From the NCBI GenBank assembly GCA_050230475.1, contig JBFLGF010000028.1:1-64000 (forward strand): DNA of 64,000 nucleotides. The letters run 5' to 3'. Below the pieces are notes generated by a model. It did not search any database, was not told the origin of the DNA, and worked only from the letters and a program-made list of their open reading frames with translations. This document shows positions 46,770-58,220 of this stretch, piece after piece (the stretch's first letter is position 1; every line of letters begins with the position of its first letter). A program made the translations under genes and the position numbers. The stretch comes from Ancylonema sp. (lineage: Eukaryota).

Positions 46770-47891
46770 CATAGTTGCACGGACCGGCGGACGGGGGTCC
46801 CGAGGTCCCGACTCCGGACCGAGGTCCGTCCTTTAGGGTCAAAAATCCGGACCGGCTGTTCAGGGTAATATCGGTATTTGGGGGTTTTAAGGTGTTTTCC
46901 GTGGAAAAAAAACTCCGGAAGTATTTTTTTCGCGAATAACATTACATTTGACATCTTATGAAAATGTAAAAAAAATGTTAGACCTATCAAATAAGTAATT
47001 AAAACCTTTAATGCATCATTGTAGATAGCGTTTTTCACCACTTTCGAAATACATCACTTGGGAAAATGCAAGAGTCAATTTGGAATGGTTATAAGTACTC
47101 CATATTCTTTCATTTTCCATACGTTACAATGTAACTCTGAAATGATGCTCATGTGAGGCTCACAAAAATGTGATGAAGGGTCACCGTCTCATGAAATAAA
47201 GTAAAATTAGAAACACCTTATCAAACATTATCCTGATTTTGTTTTCCACGCTCAAAACCTTGTACTCAAACTTCTCTCCACCTTAAAAACAAATTTCTAA
47301 CTTCTCACTTTCCTATTCTACATAAATGAATGGGTAACTTCCCTATTTGTAATTTACTGACCTTCTCAAAATCTATCCTTCCCTATAACTCCATATTTAT
47401 ATGAAACGGGAAAAAAAAACATTTCAACTTCTACACCCGCAATGTTTGTTCTATTTTCACACCCATAACACTCTTCACTGTCTACAACAACTGAAACACT
47501 AAAATAACCCCCCTCTCCCCACTTCCCACTCCTCACTTGTCACTCCCCAAAAATCTTTCCTCACTCCACCAAGTACCAACTTACACCAAAATTTCAGCCG
47601 TTTTGTCAATTTTGAATTGCACCATCTCAATCAATGGACGGTTGAATATTAACATGCTATTTTATTTTATTTATTATTCTAATTTTGCTACAACTTTGCA
47701 AGCCACAAATGACAGAGTTATATCACACGTGTGAGGTACAGGAAAAAAAATGAAGCCCCAAGTCCTTTTTCCCCGCGGAAAAGTTGCCTGGCAAAAAAAC
47801 CCTAAAAGTTCCCCGGTCCGACAGGGTCCCGACTCGGGACCCGGTCCGACCGCGGTCCGAAAATCCGATGTTGCCGGTCCGTGCAACTATG
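46770..47891. mobile_element. Non-autonomous hAT-type DNA transposon (~1.1 kb), copy 2, inverted relative to 7378-8472
   Basis: TIR CATAGTTGCACGGACCGGC / GCCGGTCCGTGCAACTATG. Perfect 8-bp TSD TGGTGATT. Confidence 0.95.
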
Positions 47892-49044
47892 TGGTGATTC
47901 ATAAGTCAATGCATATGCCCTTTCATGTACATTCAAAACGAAGTTTGAAGCCCCCTTACCCCCCCCCCTCCCCTTCAAAATCAATGAATCAAACTCCTTA
48001 GTTACCCACAAAATATTGGATGGTTTTCAAACAACGTTCCAATTACGTTCTTTTGGGAACTTCCTGACTATTTTCGGATGTGTTTCCATTTAGAACATGT
48101 TGTGTACGACCCAACTATGGTCGAAATGGACCCCTTTCGAAGGATCCAACTCCCGGCCGAAAATCCGATCGCGTTCAAAACAAGATTGGAGTTCACATCA
48201 ATCGCATCAATGGCGTGAGCAAGCATGAACCAAACGTGACCAGATCCGGTCATGATCCGGTCAAAAGAAGGGCGACTGAGACTCACTGATACCCCACATG
48301 ATGTGTCCTTTTCTCACAGAATCACATAACAAATCGAGGCTACCATTTCCACACAATATCAATTGCCGAGGTCACCTTTCCAAAGGGCGGTGAGAGTGGC
48401 CCTCGCGAAGCCAACAACTTTGAAATTCCAGCCCCAAATCAGCGATAGACCATAGTCTCACGTGATACCACCTCTTGTTCATTCAATCTGTATCCGTATC
48501 CTCAAGATCATGTGGCTCTTCGCACATGAGCTCTACAATCTCATGCCTCTGCTCCCTAGAGATATGATCACATTTTAGTGGCGAAGTCGCTCCACAAATA
48601 GTACATAATTACAAAGTCTACTTAGGCAAATTTAGGCCCCACAAGTCACTCACCACAACAACACAACCACCAAGTCCCACCAAGCCTATGATTGCAACGC
48701 AATCTCTCTTTTGGCCCAAACCACTCCAAGTGGAGGCAACCCCAAAACCCTCGCGATCACACCATGTACTTGACAAACAATATCTTTGAGCTACGAGAAC
48801 AATTTACGGAGTTTGGATATATACCATTCAACGGAAATCTGGTACACCTAACACGTCTTCACAGAGTTGTACATCATCGGAATTTCGTTTCAGACTGCTG
48901 CAGCATCCTGACCCTCTCCTCCTGCGCCCGATCAGATCCCACACACAATATATAAAAAATAACATAATAAAACAAATGGTATGAGGATATTTTCAAAGCG
49001 GTTCAGCAGTCATTAAAACAACACTCTTCTCCGTTTTCACAAGC

Positions 49045-51010
49045 CTACACAAACGAAGGTTCCGTTTCACTTTCATTGTGAATCTCACCAGCCTTGCTTG
49101 CGTCGGTCTCGATTTCGCTCTTGCATAGAGGACAGTTGGCGTTGATTTTCAGCCACGTGTCCACACAGGATACATGAAAGTGGTGTGTGCACGGCAACTC
49201 CCTCAGCTCCTCTCCTTCACTATACGTCCCCAGGCAGATGCAGCACAGCTGGAGCCCACAGTAGAAAAACACACAAATATAAATAACATGAAACCAATAC
49301 CTTCCACGGCGACGGCATACTTTCTAACATTCAAAATGATACCACTCCTTCATTCAGGCCCCATGTTATAACTTCCTGTTCTACTATTGCCTAAGGCATT
49401 TGTGCCCTAATTGCATGAGAAATTCCCAGGCAGCGTGCATGTGATGATCCAGGCAGCTTCCCCTCACCGCATCCTCCCCCGCCACACTTCTCTCCTTCTC
49501 AGTGCCCGCCCACAACAGCCCTGTTCTGCCTGCTTCTGACGCAGACTCCGATACCCCCCTCTGACCCTCCTCTCCGACTTTGAGCTTGTACTTGTATGTC
49601 GGCAAGGCGGAAATCACGGCAGCGGGCGCACCCTTCCCCAACATGGGCTCATCCACCAGGGAAAAGAGGGCGAGGATGCACGGGAGGCAGAGGCAGATGG
49701 TGGCGCAGAGAAGGAAGGGGACCGCGTAACCGATGCAGCTCAGCGTGAGGAAGACGAGGCACAAGCTGACAGACAGAGGAGACCAATGGCGCTTTTGTCG
49801 TACACCAACACGACTGCTGATGGTGGTTTTGATTGATGAAGGACGGGCAAGGCATGATCCTAAACCTTGCGGCGGACCCGGCCAAGGCAATGCATGAGGG
49901 GACAAGAAGGTTTAGCAGCTTCTAAAAAAAAAAGTTTGACTGTTGAAAAGAACATGCATTAGTAAGTCGACTGGCAGCAGGTCGAACCCCCGACCCTACC
50001 TGTACAGATTAGGGGCATCAGAGGGCGCCACGTGTCCTCCAAAAACCCAAACATATCCAAGCACAAACCAAACAGCGAAGTAGATATCCAGAGTGCATTT
50101 GAAGCGATCCATGGCTACCACAACTCTGCAGCACACCAGAATCGCGAAAACAACAGTCAGGTCATTGGTGACGAGCACAACGCCGCTTCTGTCAAATCTC
50201 AGGCGACCAGGTACGGTACGCCCAAGGTTGCCACAGAGCTCACCTGTTTTCGTCCACCAGATTCAGGAGCCAACTTCCTCTCGGCCGGTCCCCTGACCTT
50301 GAGGATTGAGGCCTAACTGGCGGTCGGACCGCAGGAGGTTCCAACGGATTGTGTGGCTCAATCCCATCTGTTGAAGCAGGATCACCCCTCCTGCTACGTG
50401 ACCTTCGTGCACTCCTCCCAGAAGCCGCTCCTCTAGTGTCCCTGACCCGAGCACAACGCTGCAGGTATCTCCAGTACAGGAGGGGCAAAGTAGCCGTGCA
50501 GCCAATGGCATAGCCTACGACCCACACACCTACAGGGGCTTTCGGCTTCTCATTGGAAGAGAGGAGAAGAACAAAAAATGCAGCTACGACCTGACTGAGA
50601 GTCAATAGTAACTCAATAACGATCCATAAACCCGAATTCAGTATGCTGCTCCTGCGTCGCACTCCTGCGTCTTCATGAGCGACTGTATCTGCGGTCTCAG
50701 TCCTTCGAGACACCTCTTGGTCGCCAGAAGACCCTGTGGCCACATGTTCAGGCTGTGCAGTCTGACTTGAAGCGCTTGCACTAGGGGGCAGAGTGGCAGC
50801 ATCTGCTCCCTGCGTACAGCTCGCGGAGTCGTTGGTGGCGCCCGCGATGTTTCCTGGGCCATTTGAAAAAGTAAACGTGGACAAATTGGACGCAGCATCG
50901 TCGCTCGTCGCTAAATTTGAAATGACCTCCACCATGGGAGCCAGAAGAGGTATTGCTGCTTCAGCGGCGGCAGAGATACTAGAGTGAACAGTCGTCGAGT
51001 CGACTGCCAT
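49045..51010 (-). CDS. Transmembrane RING-H2 E3 ubiquitin ligase, 4 exons
   Basis: [52 protein letters not shown]-like [91 protein letters not shown] (C3H2C3 RING-H2). Confidence 0.93.
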
Positions 51011-51690
51011 TTGCCGCTACGCAATGTAAGGTTGTGACAATCGTACTCCAGTTATTTGAAGCTCATTGAACGTATTAAACTAGACAGACCTTCGTGAAAG
51101 TGCGTCCAAAAATATTGAATAACCCGAGGCCCGATGCAGGGCGCACTAACACCTACACGATCTCGTAAATACACGGCTAGTTATGACAGCGTACGTAATA
51201 TTGCTGTAGTTCAACCCTTTCCGCTGCTTGAAGCGGAGCCTGTTGAGATGCAAGCAGCCTCGGGAATAAGCACAGGAACAACCTCAGGAAACGGTTCTGA
51301 TGGGGAAAGCGTAATCTATCAGAATCATACCCTAATCTAAATTTCATAACCTGTCCTCGCTCAGAATGCGTACGTATGCTGACGTAAGGCTGAATCTGTT
51401 TTCACTAATTTTTGTTTAAATAAATACTCAGACGCAGACGTCAAATCAGGTACCGGCTGGCGGTCTGGCCGTCAAATTACCCGGAGGGAAACCTTCACAG
51501 CATGCATGGGGAGTTCGTATTTCGACGCCCTAATAAGTATTTTGACGCCCCTTTCCACTGACGGGGACCGTCCATACGGTTCGAACAGACTTGGTGACCT
51601 GTGAGCCGTCGGTGTGTCGTATTTTTCTTTAGATTCGACCGATTCTCGCTGGGCAACGTGGCTGTCGCTGACGCCAGTACTGGTGTCGGA

Positions 51691-52737
51691 GATTTGCGCA
51701 CCGTCCGTAAGTGCGACGTGGCCTATTCTGACGCCAGAACTGGTGTTCGAAATCCCGGCCCATGTCCTGTAGATCGCGGCACGTCGTCCGCTAGGTTACG
51801 GACTGGTTATGAGTGACGGGGCTATGACTAGCGTCGTGAAATTACGGTATTTTTGGGTTGGACTGTACTAATTACCGTTTTTTACGCGTAACGTATGAAT
51901 GACGTCTTTTTTTGGGGTAAATTACGGACAGGCGAAACGTGAAGTGTAAGACATGTGTAAATTACACTTACCGGTAATGTCGTTACTTTCCTTGGTAAAT
52001 GGTAATTACGGGTCCGATATTTTAGCACGTATTGACATTTAATGACGATTGTGAGGATAAAATCGACATTAAATTGACAAATGACGTTTCGCCAGCCGTC
52101 ACATTCTATGAGGTTCGAGTCCATCGAAGCCATTCACTGTACATTAGTATTCATGGTAACTGATAATAAACAAAAAAAAATAGAAAACCCAAGTTTTTTT
52201 TTTTTTCGTTTTTTTTTTTTTCTCTCCCACCCAAATAAACATATATTTATATCTACATTTTTATTATTTATTGTATAAATTAATATTAATTAATTCATAT
52301 GACTGAAATTTACCGGATATTACGTTTACCGGGAATTTCGGATCTGTAAGGTGTATTTTACCAATTATGCGTAAATCGTAAAAATTACATGTATTTTTAC
52401 GTTTAACGTTACGTTACACTTTACGTACGAGTGTAAGTGTAAGGTGTAATCGGTAATTTCACAACGCTAGTTATGACGCCGACGTCAGCTGCACTCAAGC
52501 AGGCAGGTTACCAACAGGCTGGCCGGCTGCAGGTTCGCTACTGGCTTTCTCGTTGGTCTACAGATAGGATACTAGTTATCGCTTGCGACTGACATCTGCG
52601 TCATAGCCGCGTCGCTCGTAACCAGTTCCTACCCTAGCGGACAACGTGCCGCGATCTTCAGGACATGGGCCGGGATTTCGAACACCAGTTCTGGCGTCAG
52701 GAGAGGCCACGTCGCACTTACGGACGGTGCGCAAATC
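51691..52737. mobile_element. GC-rich foldback/long inverted-repeat element interrupted by a nested MITE
   Basis: 51691-51828 is the reverse complement of ~52600-52737 (GATTTGCGCACCGTCCGTAAGTGCGACGTGGCC... / ...GGCCACGTCGCACTTACGGACGGTGCGCAAATC). Confidence 0.8.
51829..52469. mobile_element. hAT-type MITE (641 bp) nested in the foldback arm
   Basis: TIR TAGCGTCGTGAAATTAC / GTAATTTCACAACGCTA. 8-bp TSD GCTATGAC/GTTATGAC. ATTAC-rich subterminal motifs. Confidence 0.85.
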
Positions 52738-54137
52738 GAATTTATATTATTTATTACGTGTAGGTTAGGTTTGTTTGAAATTTAAGCATATACATTTATT
52801 ATGTATATTTTTTGTTTTTTTTTTTAATATTCTATTTTTGGAAGGAGGCAACATCTTTTTTTATGCAAAAAGTAATGTTATGTCGATTATCCACTTGTAC
52901 AATTCTTGCATACCGTACTGGGCACCCTGAATGATTTATGCTTTTCCAAAATTAATTATTTTCGTAATGATTTTTCAAAATGATCCCGGGATTCCGTTAG
53001 TTATTATCGATGATTTCTGGTAATGATTCCATGAATCCGTTAGTTATTATCAATGACTTTTGGGTATGATTCCAGATTGTAGGAATAAAAAGCGTAAAAG
53101 ATTTCCTTGTTTAGGAATAAAAAATCGAATGATTTGTCTTTATCTGGGCCATTCTTGCATATTTACCGTACATTTGACGTCACAAGTACACGTGGTAAGC
53201 ACTCGTACCAGTCGAGATATCTTGACCGGCCACAATTGCGTCGTTATGGATGGTCTTAATTTGTCGTGTAGCGCATCTAATCGGTAATATTTCCCATATC
53301 GTCGTAGTGTAGGGCCCGGTACGTAGTTTCTGACGTCGTAAATGTCGCTCGTCCAAAATTTTGTCATTTTGCACGTGCCTACTTTGTCGTGTACCCCGTT
53401 TCATCACATCTAGAGTCACATCCAGGAGCCCCCGAATTTCCCGAAAATTTTCCTAAAACGGGTTTTATTAATGATTTTGAGTGTCCTTTTTCTATCATGT
53501 GGTAATTAATTTAAATTATTACTTTCGGGTTTCAATAATTAATTGAAAATCATTTATGGTGCCCCGTACGGTATGTTCAAACATGTTAATGAAATACTGG
53601 ATGGCGCAGATTGTGGGATATCATGGAGCCGCTCTGCCATTGGGTACTCTTGTTAATGCAACTAGGGATGTCAATCCTAACGGACATTGTGGATTTCGGG
53701 CACTTTCGCTAGCAGCGACGGGTAGTGAAGACAACTGGAAGGTTGTTCGCGAGAGCATGACGCTACACCTTAGGGACAACGAGTCCCTATTTCGGGACTT
53801 CTTCGAAACGGACTTCGAGTCTGTATGTAAGGGGGTGAATTTCTATGAAGAACTTGCCCTCCAATTCGCATGGTTCCAAGTCCCGAACATGGCTATATTA
53901 GCCGCAAACTTATATCATAGACCAATCGTCGTTATTGGACGTATAACTGCTTGAACATATGGAAGATTTGTACAAGGGGATAATCGACATCACATTACTT
54001 TTTGCATACAAAAATATCTTGCCTCCTTCCAAAAATAGAAAAAAAAAAAAAAAAAAAAAAAACATTATAAACGTATTTGCTTAAATTTCCCCTCACCTAC
54101 AAACAAATCCTAAACACGTAAGAAATAAGATAAATTT
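52738..54137. mobile_element. Mutator-like non-autonomous element with ~180-bp inverted repeats enclosing an OTU-domain fragment
   Basis: 52738-52915 is the reverse complement of ~53955-54137 (e.g. CTATTTTTGGAAGGAGGCAA..ATGCAAAAAGTAATG..TGTCGATTATCC). Confidence 0.7.
53556..53954 (+). pseudogene. OTU-like cysteine protease domain fragment, transposon-borne
   Basis: DVNPNGHCGFRALS..GSEDNWKVVRESM..W..VPNMAILAANLYHRPIVVI matches the OTU Cys-box layout. The ORF ends at the right inverted repeat before any His box. Confidence 0.65.
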
Positions 54138-54616
54138 GCCGTCGTGTTTACTTATGTGTGTATGCCAGTAATAGTAGCGAAAGTAATGTGAAAAAAATGA
54201 TGTGAAAATATGATTGGACATGTTCCGCGAGAGCACAGAAATAATATAAAAATTAAATTATAAAATAGAAAACATCATCAACACCATAGGATGGTAGACC
54301 ATACCATGAACCCGATGTATGTGGGGGGGGGGGGAAATGAAACCGATGAAGTGAGTTGATGAATGATGAAAAACATGAGATTGAAAGGCATTCATGAATA
54401 AAGAAGATAAGATATTGCTTTCGAATGTTTTGGACTGCCATTTTTGCATTCATCATAGTGTTCAATACAGGAAACAAAAAAGAAGGGAGACAAGGGGAGA
54501 ATCATGATAACAAGTTTTCCTCGCGGTGAGGCACTCCGTATGGCACGACCCAGAATCACCACGCGATCAGTTCGCAATTGCGCGAAGATACTGCCTACAT
54601 TGGTACCAAGCATTGT

Positions 54617-57600
54617 TGTCATGACGCTAGAGATCGTTAAGGGTAAAACCCCTTTGTAACAATATCCAGACCTCTCTAGTAAAATACCTTGTTAGCAACA
54701 ATCAGATTCGATATAAAGATTTCATGATTTTGTGTGAAGTTAGAATCAGTACTCTGCAAAATCCAACAACTTTTTGTAAACTCGAAAATAACGCGTGGCG
54801 TATTTTCCGAGTATAATATCCAGCAGTCGTACAACTTAGACTGCCTTAGCGCAATTTTCGATTTTTCAGCGCTTAGCGCAACTTTGTTAATCGACGATGA
54901 TATTTCTGACTTGTCGATATTATCTCGGCGATAAAATCCAGCCGTAGAATTGAATTTTTAGCGCCAAGATTAAATATAAATTTCTAGAGTACAGCCTGTC
55001 GATTAACCATGTCGATTAACTCTAGTTAGTTTTTACGATTAGACGATCGTAGCATAAATACATTTTCATCGTACTGATCTGTTACTGCTTCCGCTGTCAG
55101 ATTGCGCCGTCAAGAAAATTTCAAAATATCTTCTCTTCAAATCCTGTCAATTGTATTCTCTGAATTCTGCAACTCCTGGCTGATGCCAGTTCTTGCCCTC
55201 ATATCTGTGTCTTGTCTACGATTACTCGTGCGACTACCGTCGACGAATTCTGTAAGTTGACCGAAGTGACCTTCGTAACTTCGTGTCATTACTTGTTATT
55301 CAGCTGACGCTCTTACTGAGCCAGCCTGTAAACTTGATTGTTTACCATCACATCTTAGTACTGACGCTCTTACTGAGCCAGTCCTAACCGACTACCCCGT
55401 TGTTGACGCTCTTACTGAGCCAGAACTATTTTGTCGATTTACATCGATCTGTTACCGCTCGTACCGAGCCAATACGGTAACGACGCGCAACCACTTGACG
55501 TTCTAACTGAACCAACAAACCACATCCATCAATCAACATCTGTCAACGCTCCGTTTGACAACCGAACTTTCTACTCGAAAGTTTACCTTTCGGTTGTCGA
55601 CCTCAATATTCTGCACGAGAGTATTCTGTTTACCATCAACAATCATTTCCATACTTTCTATTGTTGATAGTAATTGTCGACTCGCCCTCGGCGTCAAGCA
55701 GTGTTCCACACATTCACGCACGAGAAAGTGTGATAGAATTAGCGTAAAACCTAGTTCTCAGCAGAGACTCAATCTGCAACCCAACTTCAATCAGACCAAC
55801 GGAAGTCTTATCACCGCAGAAAGTCAATTTAGTACCAGAATTTGACCATTATTTTTTTTCACCTGTTTCAATGATCAGTGCTGTCAACCAAGCAACGAGT
55901 CATACACTTCTCCAGCAACAAGCTTCGGTAGCAGAATCCAAATTCAATGATTTATATTACTAGAAAGACATGATTCAGAAAGCAACCAACATCAGTTCTG
56001 GCTTCCGATACTTCAAACTTGGACAGATAGCGGAACAGATTGAGACCCCGGAACAGATTGAAACCCACACGACGGTCATCCAGGCCTTTGAACCAAAGGT
56101 ACATGTTCAAATTCTACGCAAGTATCGACTACAGGAGTGGGAGCAGGTGTTACCAAATCATCTTCGCAGCACATCTACACACAACTGAGCAACAATGGAA
56201 AGACAACATGGTTAAACGGAACATCAACGACATCATAAACACCGCTACTGCTGAAATCAACGCACTCTCCTACTCAGCAATGCCGATGGACGAAACTACA
56301 CCAGATCTCGCCATCGCCATCCACATTTCTCAGATGGAACGAGTGGTGCAATCAATCATCGAACGAATGAGCACATCGACATCAATCCACTGGACTGCTA
56401 CACCTACCAACAACAACGAGGTCAGCAGAACTTCAGACCACGAGACAGACTGCGAACTTCTCCCAACCAGAAGTACGACACTACCAGAATACGACTATCG
56501 GGACCAGGACCACGACCACCATTACAAGACTACCATGAGAGAGATGCAATGCTTCTTTTGTGGACAAAAAGGACACACTATGTCAAATTGTCCTCATCGC
56601 AGAAATTTACTACTGGATTCACCACAGGGAGATGTACCACCACATACATATCCTTACCACCACAGGCTACCATGCCAAAACCAACACCTGCACTATCTGT
56701 TGCAGGACCACAAACAAACAAACCACCAGTAATACCATGTGACGCACGATTGACAACCAACTGGCATATACCAATAAGTGACAATTCCAAAGGAATCATT
56801 ACCATTGGAGGGGAACCACCAACAGTTCTCATCTATGATTCAGGAGCAGAAAATGTCATGATTGGGTCAAGATTTACCAAACAATTGGGCCTCACATCAA
56901 CCGACTTGGATCAGGGAATTGAATATATTACTTATGAAGGAAAAAGTCAACAATCTTTGGGCACAACCAAAAAGAAATTTACCATCACAATCGGAGAAGG
57001 AAATAACCAAACTTCTGTATAGACCAAACTTCATCTCTCACCATCTCACAAATTCGACGTACTACTTGGCAGCACATTCCTCGCACCCATCGGAGGAATC
57101 ACTGATCTTTGGAGTCAAGAATTTCACTATCGGGTGGACTCGGACCTCGGAGGATACAAGAAGGCATCGATACCAGTTCGCTACAGTATACCACATACTG
57201 CGAGTATTCAATGTCAATACATGTCGACAGGAGAAACATATACTTCAGTAGATACTTTCATGCAGGAACCGCATCTTGCGTTATTAAATTCTTCTGAGGA
57301 CGATGATGTACTCTCTGTATTTGAATTCAATATTGCCAAACATGGTTTGTACTCAGAACCAGAATACTCATCTGATGCATCGCAAGAAAAACCATACGAA
57401 CAAAACTTGCAAGAATGGGAAACCATTACCATGGTCTATTTCGCCACTACCAAACACACAGATATTCGTCAAGCCAGTCGACCACAATTGAACATGGCAG
57501 CGAAATGTCTGAACCAAGTTAACGAACACCATGCAACCAACCGCCTCAATACTTTGCGCATTCACAGTGCTTCCTATCTGCGCAATGCTATCGACAAAGC

Positions 57601-57751
57601 CAAAACATCACCATTACCACCATGGACTGAGTGGAAGGGTATACCAATTCGTGACGCGGTTCCTATCACACCAGACTACACCGCACGTTTTGACCCCGCA
57701 CTGCATAATGGACTACATGTTTGGGAACCATTTGGGGGCATGAGTTGCAGT
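54617..57751 (+). mobile_element. 5' part of a Ty3/gypsy-like LTR retrotransposon: LTR, gag with CCHC knuckle, retropepsin, start of a putative C5-DNA methyltransferase; interrupted at 57751
   Basis: TGTCA start. CFFCGQKGHTMSNC knuckle. LIYDSGAENVMIG..FDVLLG aspartic protease with one in-frame TAG at 57020. The same frame continues to GLHVWEPFGGMSCS, then the copia LTR begins. Confidence 0.75.
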
Positions 57752-58206
57752 TGTAGGAATTATATCGGATAGCGATGTTTGCTAGTGTGCTAGTCCGGAC
57801 TACCGGTTAGTGTAACCGGTAGGATTCCTAGGGTGTGCTTATATTGAGGGACCGGACTTCTGTCCGGGCACCCGAATACGACGTTTCGATTGTGCCGTTT
57901 GTAGCACGTGCGGTCTAGATGGTTCCGAATCTAGACGTTATGTCTTGTCAGACTGTCCGGCATATGCCGTTGTCAAGATCTGACTGTTGTTGTGTTTTGA
58001 TAGGCTGACGGTCCGTCGATACGACCGTCGGCACGCTTTTGTAGATTCTGTTTTGGACGAGGCATCGTGGTATACCTACACGATGCCGACCATTCAATAT
58101 TATTCTTCCAACACAATACTTGTCATTGATCATTCTTGAGAGACGTAGTTCCTTGTACGGAAAGATTCACTCGATCTCACACACGTATCACGTAACATTG
58201 CTAAAA
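57752..58206 (+). repeat. Copia 5' LTR (~455 bp; right boundary inferred from the PBS)
   Basis: Direct repeat of 63752-64000. Ends just before the primer-binding site. Confidence 0.85.
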
Positions 58207-58220
58207 GGTCATGGGCCCAC
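58207..58220 (+). promoter_or_regulatory. Primer-binding site complementary to the anticodon arm of initiator tRNA-Met (half-tRNA priming)
   Basis: GGTCATGGGCCCAC is a 13/14 match to GGTTATGGGCCCAC, the reverse complement of GTGGGCCCATAACC in plant tRNA-iMet. Confidence 0.75.

Noticed and set aside
55300..55425. Repeat-spacer pattern as a mini CRISPR array
   Set aside because: Only three copies, spacer lengths are unequal, and it lies inside an LTR.
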